A stretch of 60,391 bases of DNA from Candidatus Krumholzibacteriia bacterium (GCA_036478295.1 JAZGDW010000093.1:1-60391); one strand, 5' to 3'; counted from the first letter of the stretch, positions 9,193 to 18,247 are shown. The notes: a model not told the origin generated them from the letters alone. Numbers and translations are program-made.

Positions 9193-11895
9193 CTACTCGG
9201 CGATAATGCGCACGATGAAGCTGACACCCACCGTCGAGGCATCACCCGCCAGGAGCGTTCCCGTCATTACGAAACGAACGTTGGTCACGTTCGCATCGAA
9301 CCCGGCCGGGGCGCCGCCGCCACCGCTGGCGGGGGCATAGACCCAGGTCGTGCCACCGTCGTTCGAGTACGAAGGGGTCACAGCGGTGATGGCCGCCGGG
9401 GGAGTCCCGTTCGCCGCCGAGCCGACCCTGAACTGGGTAAACGCCGGGATCGCGTCGAGCACGACCACGGTGGTCAGTGTCGCGGCGCCCAGGTTCTGGT
9501 AGTCGGTCGTATAGGTCAACTCGGCACCCGGTGGCTGGTCGCCCAGGGGGTTCACCGATTTGGCGAGACCGAGCACGCCCGCGATGATCACCGTGGTGTC
9601 GATCGCGTCGTCCGAAACCAGGGTGACATTGCCGGTCGCCGTCAACGTACCCGTTTCCACCGTGCCGATGGTCACACCGGCGGGCACACTGAGTTGGACG
9701 ACCACTGTCGTCACCTCACCGGGGATGAGCGTCACATCGGTGATGGGGTTGTTGAGGATGTCATAGAAAACATACGTCCAACCCTGCGAGGACACGTAGC
9801 TCAGCGTGAACGTGTCGGCGATGTTTCCGGTGTTGGTAACGGTGTGCGTGTAAAAAACCGTGCCGCCCGGCGTGGTGTTGCCACTCAAATCGGGCGCAAA
9901 GTCAACCGCGGGAAAGCTGTTGACGGTAACCGTGTCGGCAATCGTATCGGACGCGGCGCCGTTGTTGGTCGAAGTCGCCGTGAACGATACGGGGTTGACG
10001 CCGGCGAGCGAACCGGCCGGCACGTCCACACGAGCGATGATGTTGAGCTCGGCGAAACCCGCGATCGGTCCCACCGACCCGATGGGAACGACTTCGCCCG
10101 CATCCAGCACGCCGTTGCCGTTGGTGTCCTCGTAGAAGGTCACCGTCCAGCCCGCCGGTGCCACCGACGACAGCGTGTAGGTGTCCGTTCCGGCGCTGGG
10201 ATTGATGACGTCCAGCGGAAAATCGACGAACGTTCCCGGGTTTGAATTGAGGTTCACGGAAGCGTCATTGGTGCCCGCGCCGCCGTTGTAGTTACCGATG
10301 TCGGCACTGGCCGCCAACACGCTCGACACGCGGTCGGTGGTGAGGTTGGTGACCACCGGGTCGTTGGTCGACTGCGCGCGCATGACCGCGTCGAACGGAC
10401 CACCGGCCGCCTGGCTGCCCGGAATGACCAGGCGAACCACGATGTCGACCGTCGCGCCTGGGGCGAGGGGTCCAACATCGGGAATGCCGTCCACGCCGGT
10501 GTCCACCAGGGGTGTCACGCCGTCGGACTGAAGTAATATGACGGACCAGCCCGCGGGAAGCGTCGACGCGCCGTCGAGGATAATGTTGACCTGGTCGGTG
10601 GCATTTCCGTCGTTGCGGATCGTGTTGACGAAATCGACGCTGGTGCCGGCGTAGGCTACCGCCACCGACTGCACGTCGTCGTCAAAATTCGGAGGTGTAC
10701 CCGCACCCGGTGCGCCCGAGGGGCCGATGAGCGGGTCGGGAACGGTACCGATGGTAACGGTGGCGTTGTTCGATACCACGATCGTCGGGTCAACGGTCAA
10801 CGCGTCGTTGTCGATGTAAGCGAGCGAGGCGGTGTTGCCTAGCACGCCCGCCGCCATTCCCAACGGGACCGTCACCTGGTACGAGAAGTTGTAGCTCTGC
10901 GCAGGGACGATGGCGCCGCTCGTAATATAACCGACGGCGACGTCATCCGGCCCCGGCACCAAACTCCAGTTCCATGTCTCGGGACTGCCCGCCGTCGAGT
11001 TGCCGGCGTTCAAATACAACACGGTGCCGGCGGCGGGAGCTCCCGTAGGCCCACCGAATATGGGCAGCGGGAGACCGGTGCCGGCATCCACGGGGATGAC
11101 GTCGTAGATGAGCACGCCGGTCAGTGCGACAGATGCCACCGTTACGCCGTTGGCCGAATTGTTCCCGAGGTTGCTACCGGAAAAACTGTAGGTGATTTGA
11201 CTTCCCGGCAGAACGAGCGCCGGCGCCGCGGCGAGGTTCGCCGTCATCACCGCGTCGTTCACCACGTTGGTCAGGTGGTAATTCCGGGTATCGATCTGCA
11301 GCGCGTCTCCGACAGAGGCGCCTTCGACTCCGATGTAGGCGACCTCTCCGGCCGTTGCCGCCACCGGTATGACGTACGCGAGGATAATGCTCACCGTCGC
11401 GCCGGAGGCCATCGGGCCGACGTTGCCGGGTACACCGCCGGCGCTGACCACCGGCTCGCCCACGTTGACAACACCGTCTCCGTTGAGGTCGTGATAAATG
11501 GTCACATCGGAGGCGGCGATCGCCATGGTGGTGTTCGCCGCATCCAGAATGGGAAAGAGCGAAAAACTGTCGTTGTCATTTCCCGTGTTCGTCAGGTCGT
11601 AACGGAAATACACCGTCATGCCCGGCAGTACATTCTGGATGGCTGCGGGGGTAACCGGCGGCGTTTCGCCCGAGTCGTCCGGCAGGATCGATACACCGTA
11701 CACCGGCAGCACCACGGTTACGACTTCGTTTGACGTCGACGAAAAAGTATTACCGGCCATATCCTCGTAGGTCGCGGATGACCGGTTCCTTATCAGCGTA
11801 CCTGCAGGCGTGATGACCGCGAGAACACTCGCCGCGGCAAACAGCAGCATGGCCGCCAATAGCAAAGGCAGCAGGAAATATGTCTTCAACCTCAT
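9193..11895 (-). CDS. secreted 900-aa multi-repeat DUF11/CARDB-like Ig-domain surface protein
   Basis: Signal peptide MRLKTYFLLPLLLAAMLLFAAASVLA. At least six copies of the core G..v.y...v.N.Gn..D.f.l: PGMTVYFRYDLTNTGNDNDSFSL, GSQITYSFSGSNLGNNSANGVTV, GTSVDFVNTIRNDGNATDQVNII, GTFVDFPLDVINPSAGTDTYTLS, GGTVFYTHTVTNTGNIADTFTLS, GAELTYTTDYQNLGAATLTTVVV. DxNGDG-type loops (YHDLNGDGVVNVGEP, FYEDTNGNGVLDAGE). Confidence 0.8.
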   Translation of the reverse strand: MRLKTYFLLPLLLAAMLLFAAASVLAVITPAGTLIRNRSSATYEDMAGNTFSSTSNEVVTVVLPVYGVSILPDDSGETPPVTPAAIQNVLPGMTVYFRYDLTNTGNDNDSFSLFPILDAANTTMAIAASDVTIYHDLNGDGVVNVGEPVVSAGGVPGNVGPMASGATVSIILAYVIPVAATAGEVAYIGVEGASVGDALQIDTRNYHLTNVVNDAVMTANLAAAPALVLPGSQITYSFSGSNLGNNSANGVTVASVALTGVLIYDVIPVDAGTGLPLPIFGGPTGAPAAGTVLYLNAGNSTAGSPETWNWSLVPGPDDVAVGYITSGAIVPAQSYNFSYQVTVPLGMAAGVLGNTASLAYIDNDALTVDPTIVVSNNATVTIGTVPDPLIGPSGAPGAGTPPNFDDDVQSVAVAYAGTSVDFVNTIRNDGNATDQVNIILDGASTLPAGWSVILLQSDGVTPLVDTGVDGIPDVGPLAPGATVDIVVRLVIPGSQAAGGPFDAVMRAQSTNDPVVTNLTTDRVSSVLAASADIGNYNGGAGTNDASVNLNSNPGTFVDFPLDVINPSAGTDTYTLSSVAPAGWTVTFYEDTNGNGVLDAGEVVPIGSVGPIAGFAELNIIARVDVPAGSLAGVNPVSFTATSTNNGAASDTIADTVTVNSFPAVDFAPDLSGNTTPGGTVFYTHTVTNTGNIADTFTLSYVSSQGWTYVFYDILNNPITDVTLIPGEVTTVVVQLSVPAGVTIGTVETGTLTATGNVTLVSDDAIDTTVIIAGVLGLAKSVNPLGDQPPGAELTYTTDYQNLGAATLTTVVVLDAIPAFTQFRVGSAANGTPPAAITAVTPSYSNDGGTTWVYAPASGGGGAPAGFDANVTNVRFVMTGTLLAGDASTVGVSFIVRIIAE

Positions 11896-11906
11896 GATCT
11901 TCTACC

Positions 11907-12401
11907 TCACTTGACAAAGGTCCGGTATGAGACTGTGATCTCGCCGGTGGGAGCGAAGGTGTCCGACAGGACCCAACGAATGTGGGTCACCATGTCCGGA
12001 GTTGCCTCGATTTGCGTTTTGGTACCGTCCGGGTTTTGCCGGGTGATGACGACCGGCCACTCTCTGAACGTCCGGCCGCCGTCGATGCTGAACTCGACAC
12101 GGCCCCGGTCCGGCCGCGTCGCGGACTCTTCGATGTACTCGGCTCCGGATGGAATCGGGTCGGTGATGAAAATGTTCCGCACCGCATCCGAACTGTTGTT
12201 CCGGTAGGTCAGACGATATTCGATAATGTCTTTGGGTCTTGCCCGGTCGGCGGGCAAAAAGTTTTCCTTGCCGTCCTCGCTAATGACGACCCGGAATGCT
12301 TCGAGATTCCCCGTCAGGCCTGCGTCGCTCGCCGCTGACCCCAGCGGCACCAGCAGCGCAAGCGCAAGCACGCCGACGGCGTAAAAACGCTTCGCTCCCA
12401 T
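11907..12401 (-). CDS. small secreted single-domain DUF11-like protein, first gene of the operon
   Basis: Signal peptide MGAKRFYAVGVLALALLVPLGSAAS. One core motif KDIIEYRLTYRNNSSDAVRNIFITDPIPSG. Stop lies 11 nt before the next gene's start. Confidence 0.75.
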   Translation of the reverse strand: MGAKRFYAVGVLALALLVPLGSAASDAGLTGNLEAFRVVISEDGKENFLPADRARPKDIIEYRLTYRNNSSDAVRNIFITDPIPSGAEYIEESATRPDRGRVEFSIDGGRTFREWPVVITRQNPDGTKTQIEATPDMVTHIRWVLSDTFAPTGEITVSYRTFVK

Positions 12402-12630
12402 AAGAGCCTCCTTTTTTCGCTCGAAAGGGCGACAGTAATGGCGAGTGGGCTACGCCCCGCGAGGGGCCTAGCTCCAATCGCCAATCGCTACGTCGCGTCA
12501 GGTCGGCGCAGCAACTCTCTACTACTTTGGTGGGGGCGATCGTGGAGTAGCGGCTCCCTGACTCCCCCGGGGGTTCGGGCGGGAATTGCAAGGAGCGAAC
12601 CAGACTCTTGGGGACGCGTGGGGAATTTCG

Positions 12631-12646
12631 TGCAACATGGTGACCA
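12631..12646 (-). promoter_or_regulatory. candidate sigma54 (-24/-12) promoter directed into the Ig-repeat operon
   Basis: The minus strand reads TGGTCACCATGTTGCA against consensus TGGCACG-N4-TTGCA. The GG and GC dinucleotides are at the canonical 12-nt register and TTGCA is perfect, with three mismatches in the -24 box. It lies ~230 nt upstream of the ATG at 12401. An NtrC-type activator with a GAFTGA motif is encoded divergently. Confidence 0.3.
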
Positions 12647-12765
12647 ATCTGGGTTTAGCGCGCCCGTACGGGTCGCCACCGGGTCGTTGGAGGCACGATA
12701 ACCCACGCTGGACCACGACAGACAGGGGTTCCCGGGTGCCGCCCCCTCTGCGGGGCATGGCAATC

Positions 12766-12779
12766 TGCAAAGCGTTGCA
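12766..12779. promoter_or_regulatory. short inverted repeat TGCAA-AGCG-TTGCA, possible activator (UAS) site
   Basis: Two perfect 5-bp arms separated by 4 bp. It sits 120 bp upstream (minus-strand sense) of the candidate -24/-12 element and ~65 bp upstream of the kinase ATG at 12844. Confidence 0.2.
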
Positions 12780-12843
12780 TTTCGCACCTGGCGGCAGAGC
12801 AAAAACTGTTGAATATTCTCCACAAAACCCGGATCATCCAGGT

Positions 12844-13911
12844 ATGACGATCTCTGTGACGAACCGATACCGGGTGCTGATCGTGCTGGTCGTTTCACTG
12901 GCGACCGTGGCCTTTCACTACGGATTCATCATCAAGCCCACCCACGCGGAGAACGATCTGTTCCACGCGATTCACGGGCGTCTCTGCTACATCCCCATCA
13001 TCCTGGGCGCCATCTGGTTCAGTATGTGGGGGGGGCTGGCGACGGCGCTGTTCATCATCGTGCTGACGCTTCCCTACAGTTTCGTCGGCGAGGGCGTCCA
13101 TCAGGGATCGCTAATCGGTGAAATGACGGAAATGGTTTTCTACCTCGCCATCGGCATGACCGCCGGCATCCTCATCGAACTGCAGCGGGGCGAGCGAAAA
13201 AAAGGCGAAGCCCTCTCCCGCGAGCTGGCCAAGCAGGAACACCTGTCCAGCCTCGGGCAGATGGCGGCGGGACTCGCCCACGAGATAAAGAACCCACTGG
13301 GGTCCATCAAAGGATCGGCGGAGATACTCAGCGATGACTTTCCCGAGGATTCGCCCAAGCACGATCTGCTTCAGGTGCTTTCCAAAGAGACCGGCCGCCT
13401 GAACCGCGTGGTGGAGGATTTTCTGAACTTTGCCAGGCCGCGGGCCTTGAAGCGGAGCCCCACCCGCATCAACACCCTGCTGCAGGACACGATTTCCCAG
13501 ATCGAAATAGACAGCCGCGCTCAAAAAGTGGAGATCACCAGTGATTTCGATGAATCGATCGCGGAACCACCGTTCGACGCCGAACAACTGCACCAGGTTT
13601 TCCTGAATATCTCACTGAACGCCATCAACGCCATGCCAGACGGCGGAAGCCTGCGCATCGAGACGCGCGCAAAAGCGGTGGAGGGAAAACCCCACGTTGT
13701 CGTCCGCTTCACGGACAGCGGTGTCGGCATGGCCGAGGGGGAGCTCGACAAGATATTCGATCCGTTCTACACGACGACCGAGAAGGGGACGGGGCTCGGT
13801 TTGTCGATATCCCATACCATCGTTCAAAACCACGGCGGATACATCAGCGCTGAGAGGAATGACGAAAAGGGAACCACAATTACTATCACGCTCCCCGTTA
13901 TCGAGGGTTAG
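12844..13911 (+). CDS. membrane sensor histidine kinase (4 predicted TM helices, no large periplasmic domain; HisKA + HATPase_c)
   Basis: H-box LSSLGQMAAGLAHEIKNPLGSIKGSAEIL. N/G boxes NISLNAINAMPDGG and DSGVGM...PFYTTTEKGTGLGLS. I chose the ATG at 12844 (MTISVTNRYRVLIVLVV...) rather than the track start at 12586, whose upstream extension is non-protein-like. Confidence 0.85.
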   Translation: MTISVTNRYRVLIVLVVSLATVAFHYGFIIKPTHAENDLFHAIHGRLCYIPIILGAIWFSMWGGLATALFIIVLTLPYSFVGEGVHQGSLIGEMTEMVFYLAIGMTAGILIELQRGERKKGEALSRELAKQEHLSSLGQMAAGLAHEIKNPLGSIKGSAEILSDDFPEDSPKHDLLQVLSKETGRLNRVVEDFLNFARPRALKRSPTRINTLLQDTISQIEIDSRAQKVEITSDFDESIAEPPFDAEQLHQVFLNISLNAINAMPDGGSLRIETRAKAVEGKPHVVVRFTDSGVGMAEGELDKIFDPFYTTTEKGTGLGLSISHTIVQNHGGYISAERNDEKGTTITITLPVIEG

Positions 13912-13914
13912 CCA

Positions 13915-15282
13915 ATGCAACAGGCATGCATCTACATCGTGGACGACGACGAGAGCAACCTCAAGGTGCTCGGATACATCCTGGAGGATGCCGGTTACAA
14001 GGTGACCCGTCTCTCTTCCGGGCGATCTGCGATCGACCATATCGACAAGCAGCGCCCCGACCTGGTGCTGAGCGACATCAAGATGCCGAAGATGGACGGA
14101 CTGAGTCTTTTGAAGGAAATCAAACGTCGTGATGCCACGATACCGGTAGTCATGCTGACCGCGTTCGGATCCGTGGAAACGGCCGTCGAAGCGATGAAGG
14201 TGGGCGCAGCCGACTATCTCACGAAACCCATCAACAGGGACGAGCTGACGCTGACGGTCGAGAAAATCCTTCGCATGCGCCGCCTCGAGCAGGAGAACAT
14301 CACCCTCAAGGAATCGCTGAGGGACAAGTTCCGGCTGAGTAACATCGTCGGGCTGTCCTCCGCAATGCAAAACGTGTTCAAAGCCGTCGATCAGGTTGCT
14401 GCGACCGATGCCACGGTACTCGTTACCGGTGAGAGCGGCACCGGCAAGGAACTAGTTGCGAAAGCCATCCACTTCAACAGCCTGCGCAAGGAACACCGCC
14501 TGGTTATCGTCAACTGCGCAGCGATACCTTCTGAATTACTCGAGAGCGAGATGTTCGGCCACGTCAAGGGCGCCTTTACCGGGGCGATTCGGAATAAGCA
14601 GGGCAAGTTTCAACTGGCCGACGGGGGCTCACTGTTTCTCGACGAAATCGGATCACTCTCGCTGCCGCTGCAGGCCAAGCTGTTGCGGGCGCTGCAAGAG
14701 AAAGAGATTGAACGGGTCGGCGATGACAGGACTACCGTGGTGGATGTTCGGATCATTGCTGCAACCAACCGCCCCTTGCCCGAACTGATCCGTTCGGGCG
14801 ATTTCAGGGAGGACCTCTACTACCGGTTGAACGTGGTGCGAATAGAGCTGCCGCCCCTGCGCGATCGCACGTCCGACATCGGGCCGCTGGTCGAGCATTT
14901 CATCAGAAAGCACGCGGGCGATCGCAACGTCACCTTCACCAAGGACGCCGTGGGCGCCCTCGAGCAGTACTACTGGCCGGGCAACGTGCGCGAGTTGGAA
15001 AACTTCTGTGAACGTACCATCCTGATGAGCAAAGAGGACACGATCCGTGGAGACGCCGTCGAAGAGCATCTCCGTGCAATGTCCCGGGAACAGGATGCCA
15101 TGTCGACCGAGCCGTCGGCGTCCGGCCGCATGAGTCTGCCCGAGATGGAGCGCCAGGCCGTACGCGACGCGCTCGTCGCCTGCGACTGGAATCAATCGCG
15201 CGCGGCCCGCCTGCTGGGTATACCACGGCATGTTCTCATCTACCGGATGAAGAAATTCACCATCCAGCGTGAGAGCAGTTGA
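13915..15282 (+). CDS. sigma54-dependent response regulator (REC + AAA+ + Fis-type HTH; NtrC family)
   Basis: REC domain DLVLSDIKMPKMDG. Walker A GESGTGKE. Sigma54-contact loop GAFTGA (HVKGAFTGAI). LFLDEIG. C-terminal HTH NQSRAARLLGIPRHVLIYRMKKF. Start is 4 nt after the kinase stop. Confidence 0.92.
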   Translation: MQQACIYIVDDDESNLKVLGYILEDAGYKVTRLSSGRSAIDHIDKQRPDLVLSDIKMPKMDGLSLLKEIKRRDATIPVVMLTAFGSVETAVEAMKVGAADYLTKPINRDELTLTVEKILRMRRLEQENITLKESLRDKFRLSNIVGLSSAMQNVFKAVDQVAATDATVLVTGESGTGKELVAKAIHFNSLRKEHRLVIVNCAAIPSELLESEMFGHVKGAFTGAIRNKQGKFQLADGGSLFLDEIGSLSLPLQAKLLRALQEKEIERVGDDRTTVVDVRIIAATNRPLPELIRSGDFREDLYYRLNVVRIELPPLRDRTSDIGPLVEHFIRKHAGDRNVTFTKDAVGALEQYYWPGNVRELENFCERTILMSKEDTIRGDAVEEHLRAMSREQDAMSTEPSASGRMSLPEMERQAVRDALVACDWNQSRAARLLGIPRHVLIYRMKKFTIQRESS

Positions 15283-15299
15283 GCGCCTGGTCGTGACGG

Positions 15300-16616
15300 T
15301 CAGAGTCGGTCCATGCCGCCGGCTTCACCGCGCCTTACCAGTATGAACTTGAGGGCAATGGGGCCAATCAACTGGTTGAGTGCCACGACGGCCAGTACGA
15401 TGGTCTTGAGTTCCGCGCCCCACGGCAGCCTGCGCTCGAAAACGGTGGCGATGCCGATCGTCACCCCCGCCTGGGACAAGAGACCCAGCCACAGACTCTT
15501 TGAATGTGGCCGCACCGCCCGCACCACCCTGCCCGCCAGCAGCGATCCCGCATGAAAGGCGGCGGCGCGCATCACAACCAGGATTATCGCCAGCAGCCAC
15601 ATCAAGCGCAGCGCATCGAGGTTGATCGACGCTCCGGAAATGGCGAAAAAGATCACGTAAACGGGCATGGCGCTTCGCTCCAGCGCCTTGATCAGGCGGT
15701 CCCCCATGACAGTGAAGTTCTGAATGATAAAACCGGCGATCATGAAGGCCAGCAGGGGCTCGAGATGATAATGGCGGCAGACGATGCTGCCGACGAAGCC
15801 CACTCCGAGAAGGAAAATCGGCAGTTGCTCGCCCACCCAGCGAATGTAGGCCGCCAGCACCGAGCCAAAGAACACGCCGGCGGCAATGGACCCGAACACC
15901 TCTATCAACAGATCTTTGGCGAACAAGAGCGAAAACCCTTCGCCGGGGATGGTCAACGCACGCACCGTAGGAACGATCAACGCGGCGAGTACGAGGACGA
16001 CGACGTCGAGTATCACCGTGACGCCGATAATCAGGTCGGTGTAGGGGCCGCGCGATCGGGTCTCGGTCACCACGCCGATCGTCGTCGCCGGTGAGCGCGC
16101 CGCCGTCACGACACCGAGCAACAGGGCCGCGGCGATTACCGCACGCGGACCCCCGCCGGCGAGAAAAGCGATGTGGTCCCGTGCGAAGAAGGCGACAAGC
16201 AAGGCGCCCACGAAGGAGAGCAACACGTGCCCGCCGATCACGCTCAGGATTGATGCTTTGCCTTTCTTGAGAAAACTCATCCGTATTTCGCCGCCGGCGA
16301 TAAGTGCTATTACAGCCAGCGCCACGTCGTCGAAAATCTGCAGGCGCCTCACCACTTCGAGCGAAAGGATGTTCATGACGAAGGGTCCACAGAGCACACC
16401 CGCCAGGATGTACCCCGAGATCTCCGGTAGTTTTATACTCTTCAGCACCCTGGCGGCGAAGAAGGCGAAGATCAGGATGAAGCCAAGGCAGAAGGTTGCC
16501 TCTTCCCCGGTAACGCCACGGCCTGCTATGGGCGAGAGGACCACGACTGCCGCCAGGGCGAGGAGCACCGCAATGGGCAGCAACCTGCCCGGGCTTATGA
16601 GCGGTTGTCTGGTCAT
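15300..16616 (-). CDS. cation:proton antiporter (CPA/Na_H_exchanger family), membrane domain only
   Basis: 438 aa, polytopic. LPEISGYILAGVLCGPFVMNIL is typical of the family N-terminus. No RCK/KTN domain. Overlaps the upstream paralogue by 4 nt. Confidence 0.85.
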   Translation of the reverse strand: MTRQPLISPGRLLPIAVLLALAAVVVLSPIAGRGVTGEEATFCLGFILIFAFFAARVLKSIKLPEISGYILAGVLCGPFVMNILSLEVVRRLQIFDDVALAVIALIAGGEIRMSFLKKGKASILSVIGGHVLLSFVGALLVAFFARDHIAFLAGGGPRAVIAAALLLGVVTAARSPATTIGVVTETRSRGPYTDLIIGVTVILDVVVLVLAALIVPTVRALTIPGEGFSLLFAKDLLIEVFGSIAAGVFFGSVLAAYIRWVGEQLPIFLLGVGFVGSIVCRHYHLEPLLAFMIAGFIIQNFTVMGDRLIKALERSAMPVYVIFFAISGASINLDALRLMWLLAIILVVMRAAAFHAGSLLAGRVVRAVRPHSKSLWLGLLSQAGVTIGIATVFERRLPWGAELKTIVLAVVALNQLIGPIALKFILVRRGEAGGMDRL

Positions 16617-17863
16617 TTGCGAGACGGATTCCTGGTGTCCGCACTGGCGCGACGCTGGGTCACTTCGCCACTGGCCCGAAACGAACGGCGCGTCAAGAGC
16701 ACGCCGATGAATTCATTGATCACCACGGCGAACGCGATTACCGCCACGACGGTTTCGACCAGCTGCCCAGTGGTTCCAAGACCGTAGTCCAGCGCGACGG
16801 CCAGCGCGATGGCGCCCTGAGCGCTTAGCGCCAGGCCCGAGTATGCCTTCATCGGCTTGAATTCGTGAAAGGTCGTGGAGATGGCCCAACTGGACACGGT
16901 CACTTTCAAAACCAGACGAGCCGCCACATAGAGCACGAGCAGCAGCACGAACCTGGCGCCCGAGAACGACACCATACCCCCGATCACGATGAGGAACACG
17001 ATGTAGATGGTTTTTTCCATCGACAGCAATTGCTCGAACATGCGGACCCGGCGCCGCGAGAAATTGCCCGCTACGATTCCCATGATCATCGCCGTGTACA
17101 GGGCCGACAAACGAAAGTAATAACAAATGCCACCGACGAATATGACCGTTCCCATAATGACCAGCAGGCGCTCGTCTCTTGTCATTCTCTGCATGGTCAG
17201 CCAGACGAATACGACACCCATCAGCACTCCGACCCCGTTGGCGAACAGCCACCACAAGAATCCGGAGACGAAACCTTCGCTGACGAAGAAGCCCGGATGA
17301 GCGATGGTGTAGAACAGGCCAAAGGCGAAGAGCGGGATGACGGCACTGAGCGATGTGGCGACCTTTACCGTACTCGTAAATCTGCCCCGTGAGGGCATCA
17401 GGTGCGAAAGCACTGTGACGATGGTAGGAGAACTGATCGCCGCCGTAATGGCGAGCACGGCAGCACTCGTGGCAATTTCCGCCCTACTCAGCTCTGGAAA
17501 AAGGACATGGAGACGAAACGTGAACAGCAGAGCGCAAACGGCTCCGATGATAAGTACGTCGAGCATAAGGAACTCGAAAATGCCGGTTGACACGCGCCGG
17601 ATCTGGCGCCAGTTCAGCTGCATCCCGAATAAGAGCCCCGCCCAACCCAGAGCGAGATAGACGACGGGGCTCAAATCTTCGAGCACCTCGGCGGTGAGGA
17701 GATTGAAGAAGCGCGGTCCCAATAGGATACCGAGAAAAAAATATTCGACGCCGGTGAGGAAAAGAACTTTGACGGGAAGTTTCGATTTCGCACGCGACAA
17801 AAACCCCCTGGACGCGACGAAACCCACAACGAGAAACAGGACGAGTGCCAGAATTGTCTTCAT
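16613..17863 (-). CDS. cation:proton antiporter family paralogue (diverged)
   Basis: 416 aa, polytopic. KVLFLTGVEYFFLGILLGPRFFNLL aligns to the same N-terminal motif as the downstream gene. 4-nt ATGA-type overlap with it. Confidence 0.75.
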   Translation of the reverse strand: MKTILALVLFLVVGFVASRGFLSRAKSKLPVKVLFLTGVEYFFLGILLGPRFFNLLTAEVLEDLSPVVYLALGWAGLLFGMQLNWRQIRRVSTGIFEFLMLDVLIIGAVCALLFTFRLHVLFPELSRAEIATSAAVLAITAAISSPTIVTVLSHLMPSRGRFTSTVKVATSLSAVIPLFAFGLFYTIAHPGFFVSEGFVSGFLWWLFANGVGVLMGVVFVWLTMQRMTRDERLLVIMGTVIFVGGICYYFRLSALYTAMIMGIVAGNFSRRRVRMFEQLLSMEKTIYIVFLIVIGGMVSFSGARFVLLLVLYVAARLVLKVTVSSWAISTTFHEFKPMKAYSGLALSAQGAIALAVALDYGLGTTGQLVETVVAVIAFAVVINEFIGVLLTRRSFRASGEVTQRRASADTRNPSRK

Positions 17864-17905
17864 GGAGTGACTCTAGCAGCGAAGCCCGCGCTCCACACAG
17901 GCCGT

Positions 17906-18247
17906 TTACTCCAGTTCCGGCATCAGACCGCGAACCTCGTCCAGCTTTATGGTGAATGCGATTCCGACGCCGGGGGCCCCGAGCTTGCCGCAAATCTCTT
18001 CGATCATGTCCAACGCCTCGACAATTTTTTCCGGTTCCTTGATCACGGACAGGATGGTCTTGTTGTAAGCGCTCGCCGCGCTGAACAGCGCCTGAAAACC
18101 GGCGAAGATGGGGACCTCGGTGGCCAGCAGGTGTCCCATGCCCAGGCTGTCGATGATGGTGGAGCCGGTGATGCCGACTTCGAGATAGCCTTCCAGCACT
18201 TCCTCGAGCTTGTCGGGGTCATTGCATATGAAGACGAGTAACGTCAT
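17906..18247 (-). CDS. PII-like small signalling protein (double beta-alpha-beta fold pattern)
   Basis: 113 aa. LLVFICNDPDKLEEVLEGYLEVGITGSTIIDSLGMGH parallels the GlnB-type pattern KIEAIIrP.kldeVk.AL...Gi.GmTv.ev.G.G. A second beta-alpha-beta is ILSVIKEPEKIVEALDMIEEI. It is the first gene of the antiporter operon. Confidence 0.55.
   Translation of the reverse strand: MTLLVFICNDPDKLEEVLEGYLEVGITGSTIIDSLGMGHLLATEVPIFAGFQALFSAASAYNKTILSVIKEPEKIVEALDMIEEICGKLGAPGVGIAFTIKLDEVRGLMPELE

Noticed and set aside
12758-12780. Plus-strand TGGCA...TTGCAT resembling a sigma54 promoter ahead of the histidine kinase
   Set aside because: The GG-to-GC spacing is 18 nt instead of 12. A second near-match (TCGGGCGGGAATTGCA at 12575-12590) has 11-nt spacing. 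Neither fits the fixed -24/-12 geometry.
12586-12843. Long N-terminal extensions of track ORFs: kinase from 12586, GT39-like from 22693, GT2 from 27798, rfbD from 28694, P1B ATPase from 48201, ppx-family from 46079, pepN-like from 30156
   Set aside because: The extensions overlap neighbouring genes or intergenic promoters and have non-protein-like composition. Each contains an internal start with a plausible RBS that begins a recognisable N-terminus.
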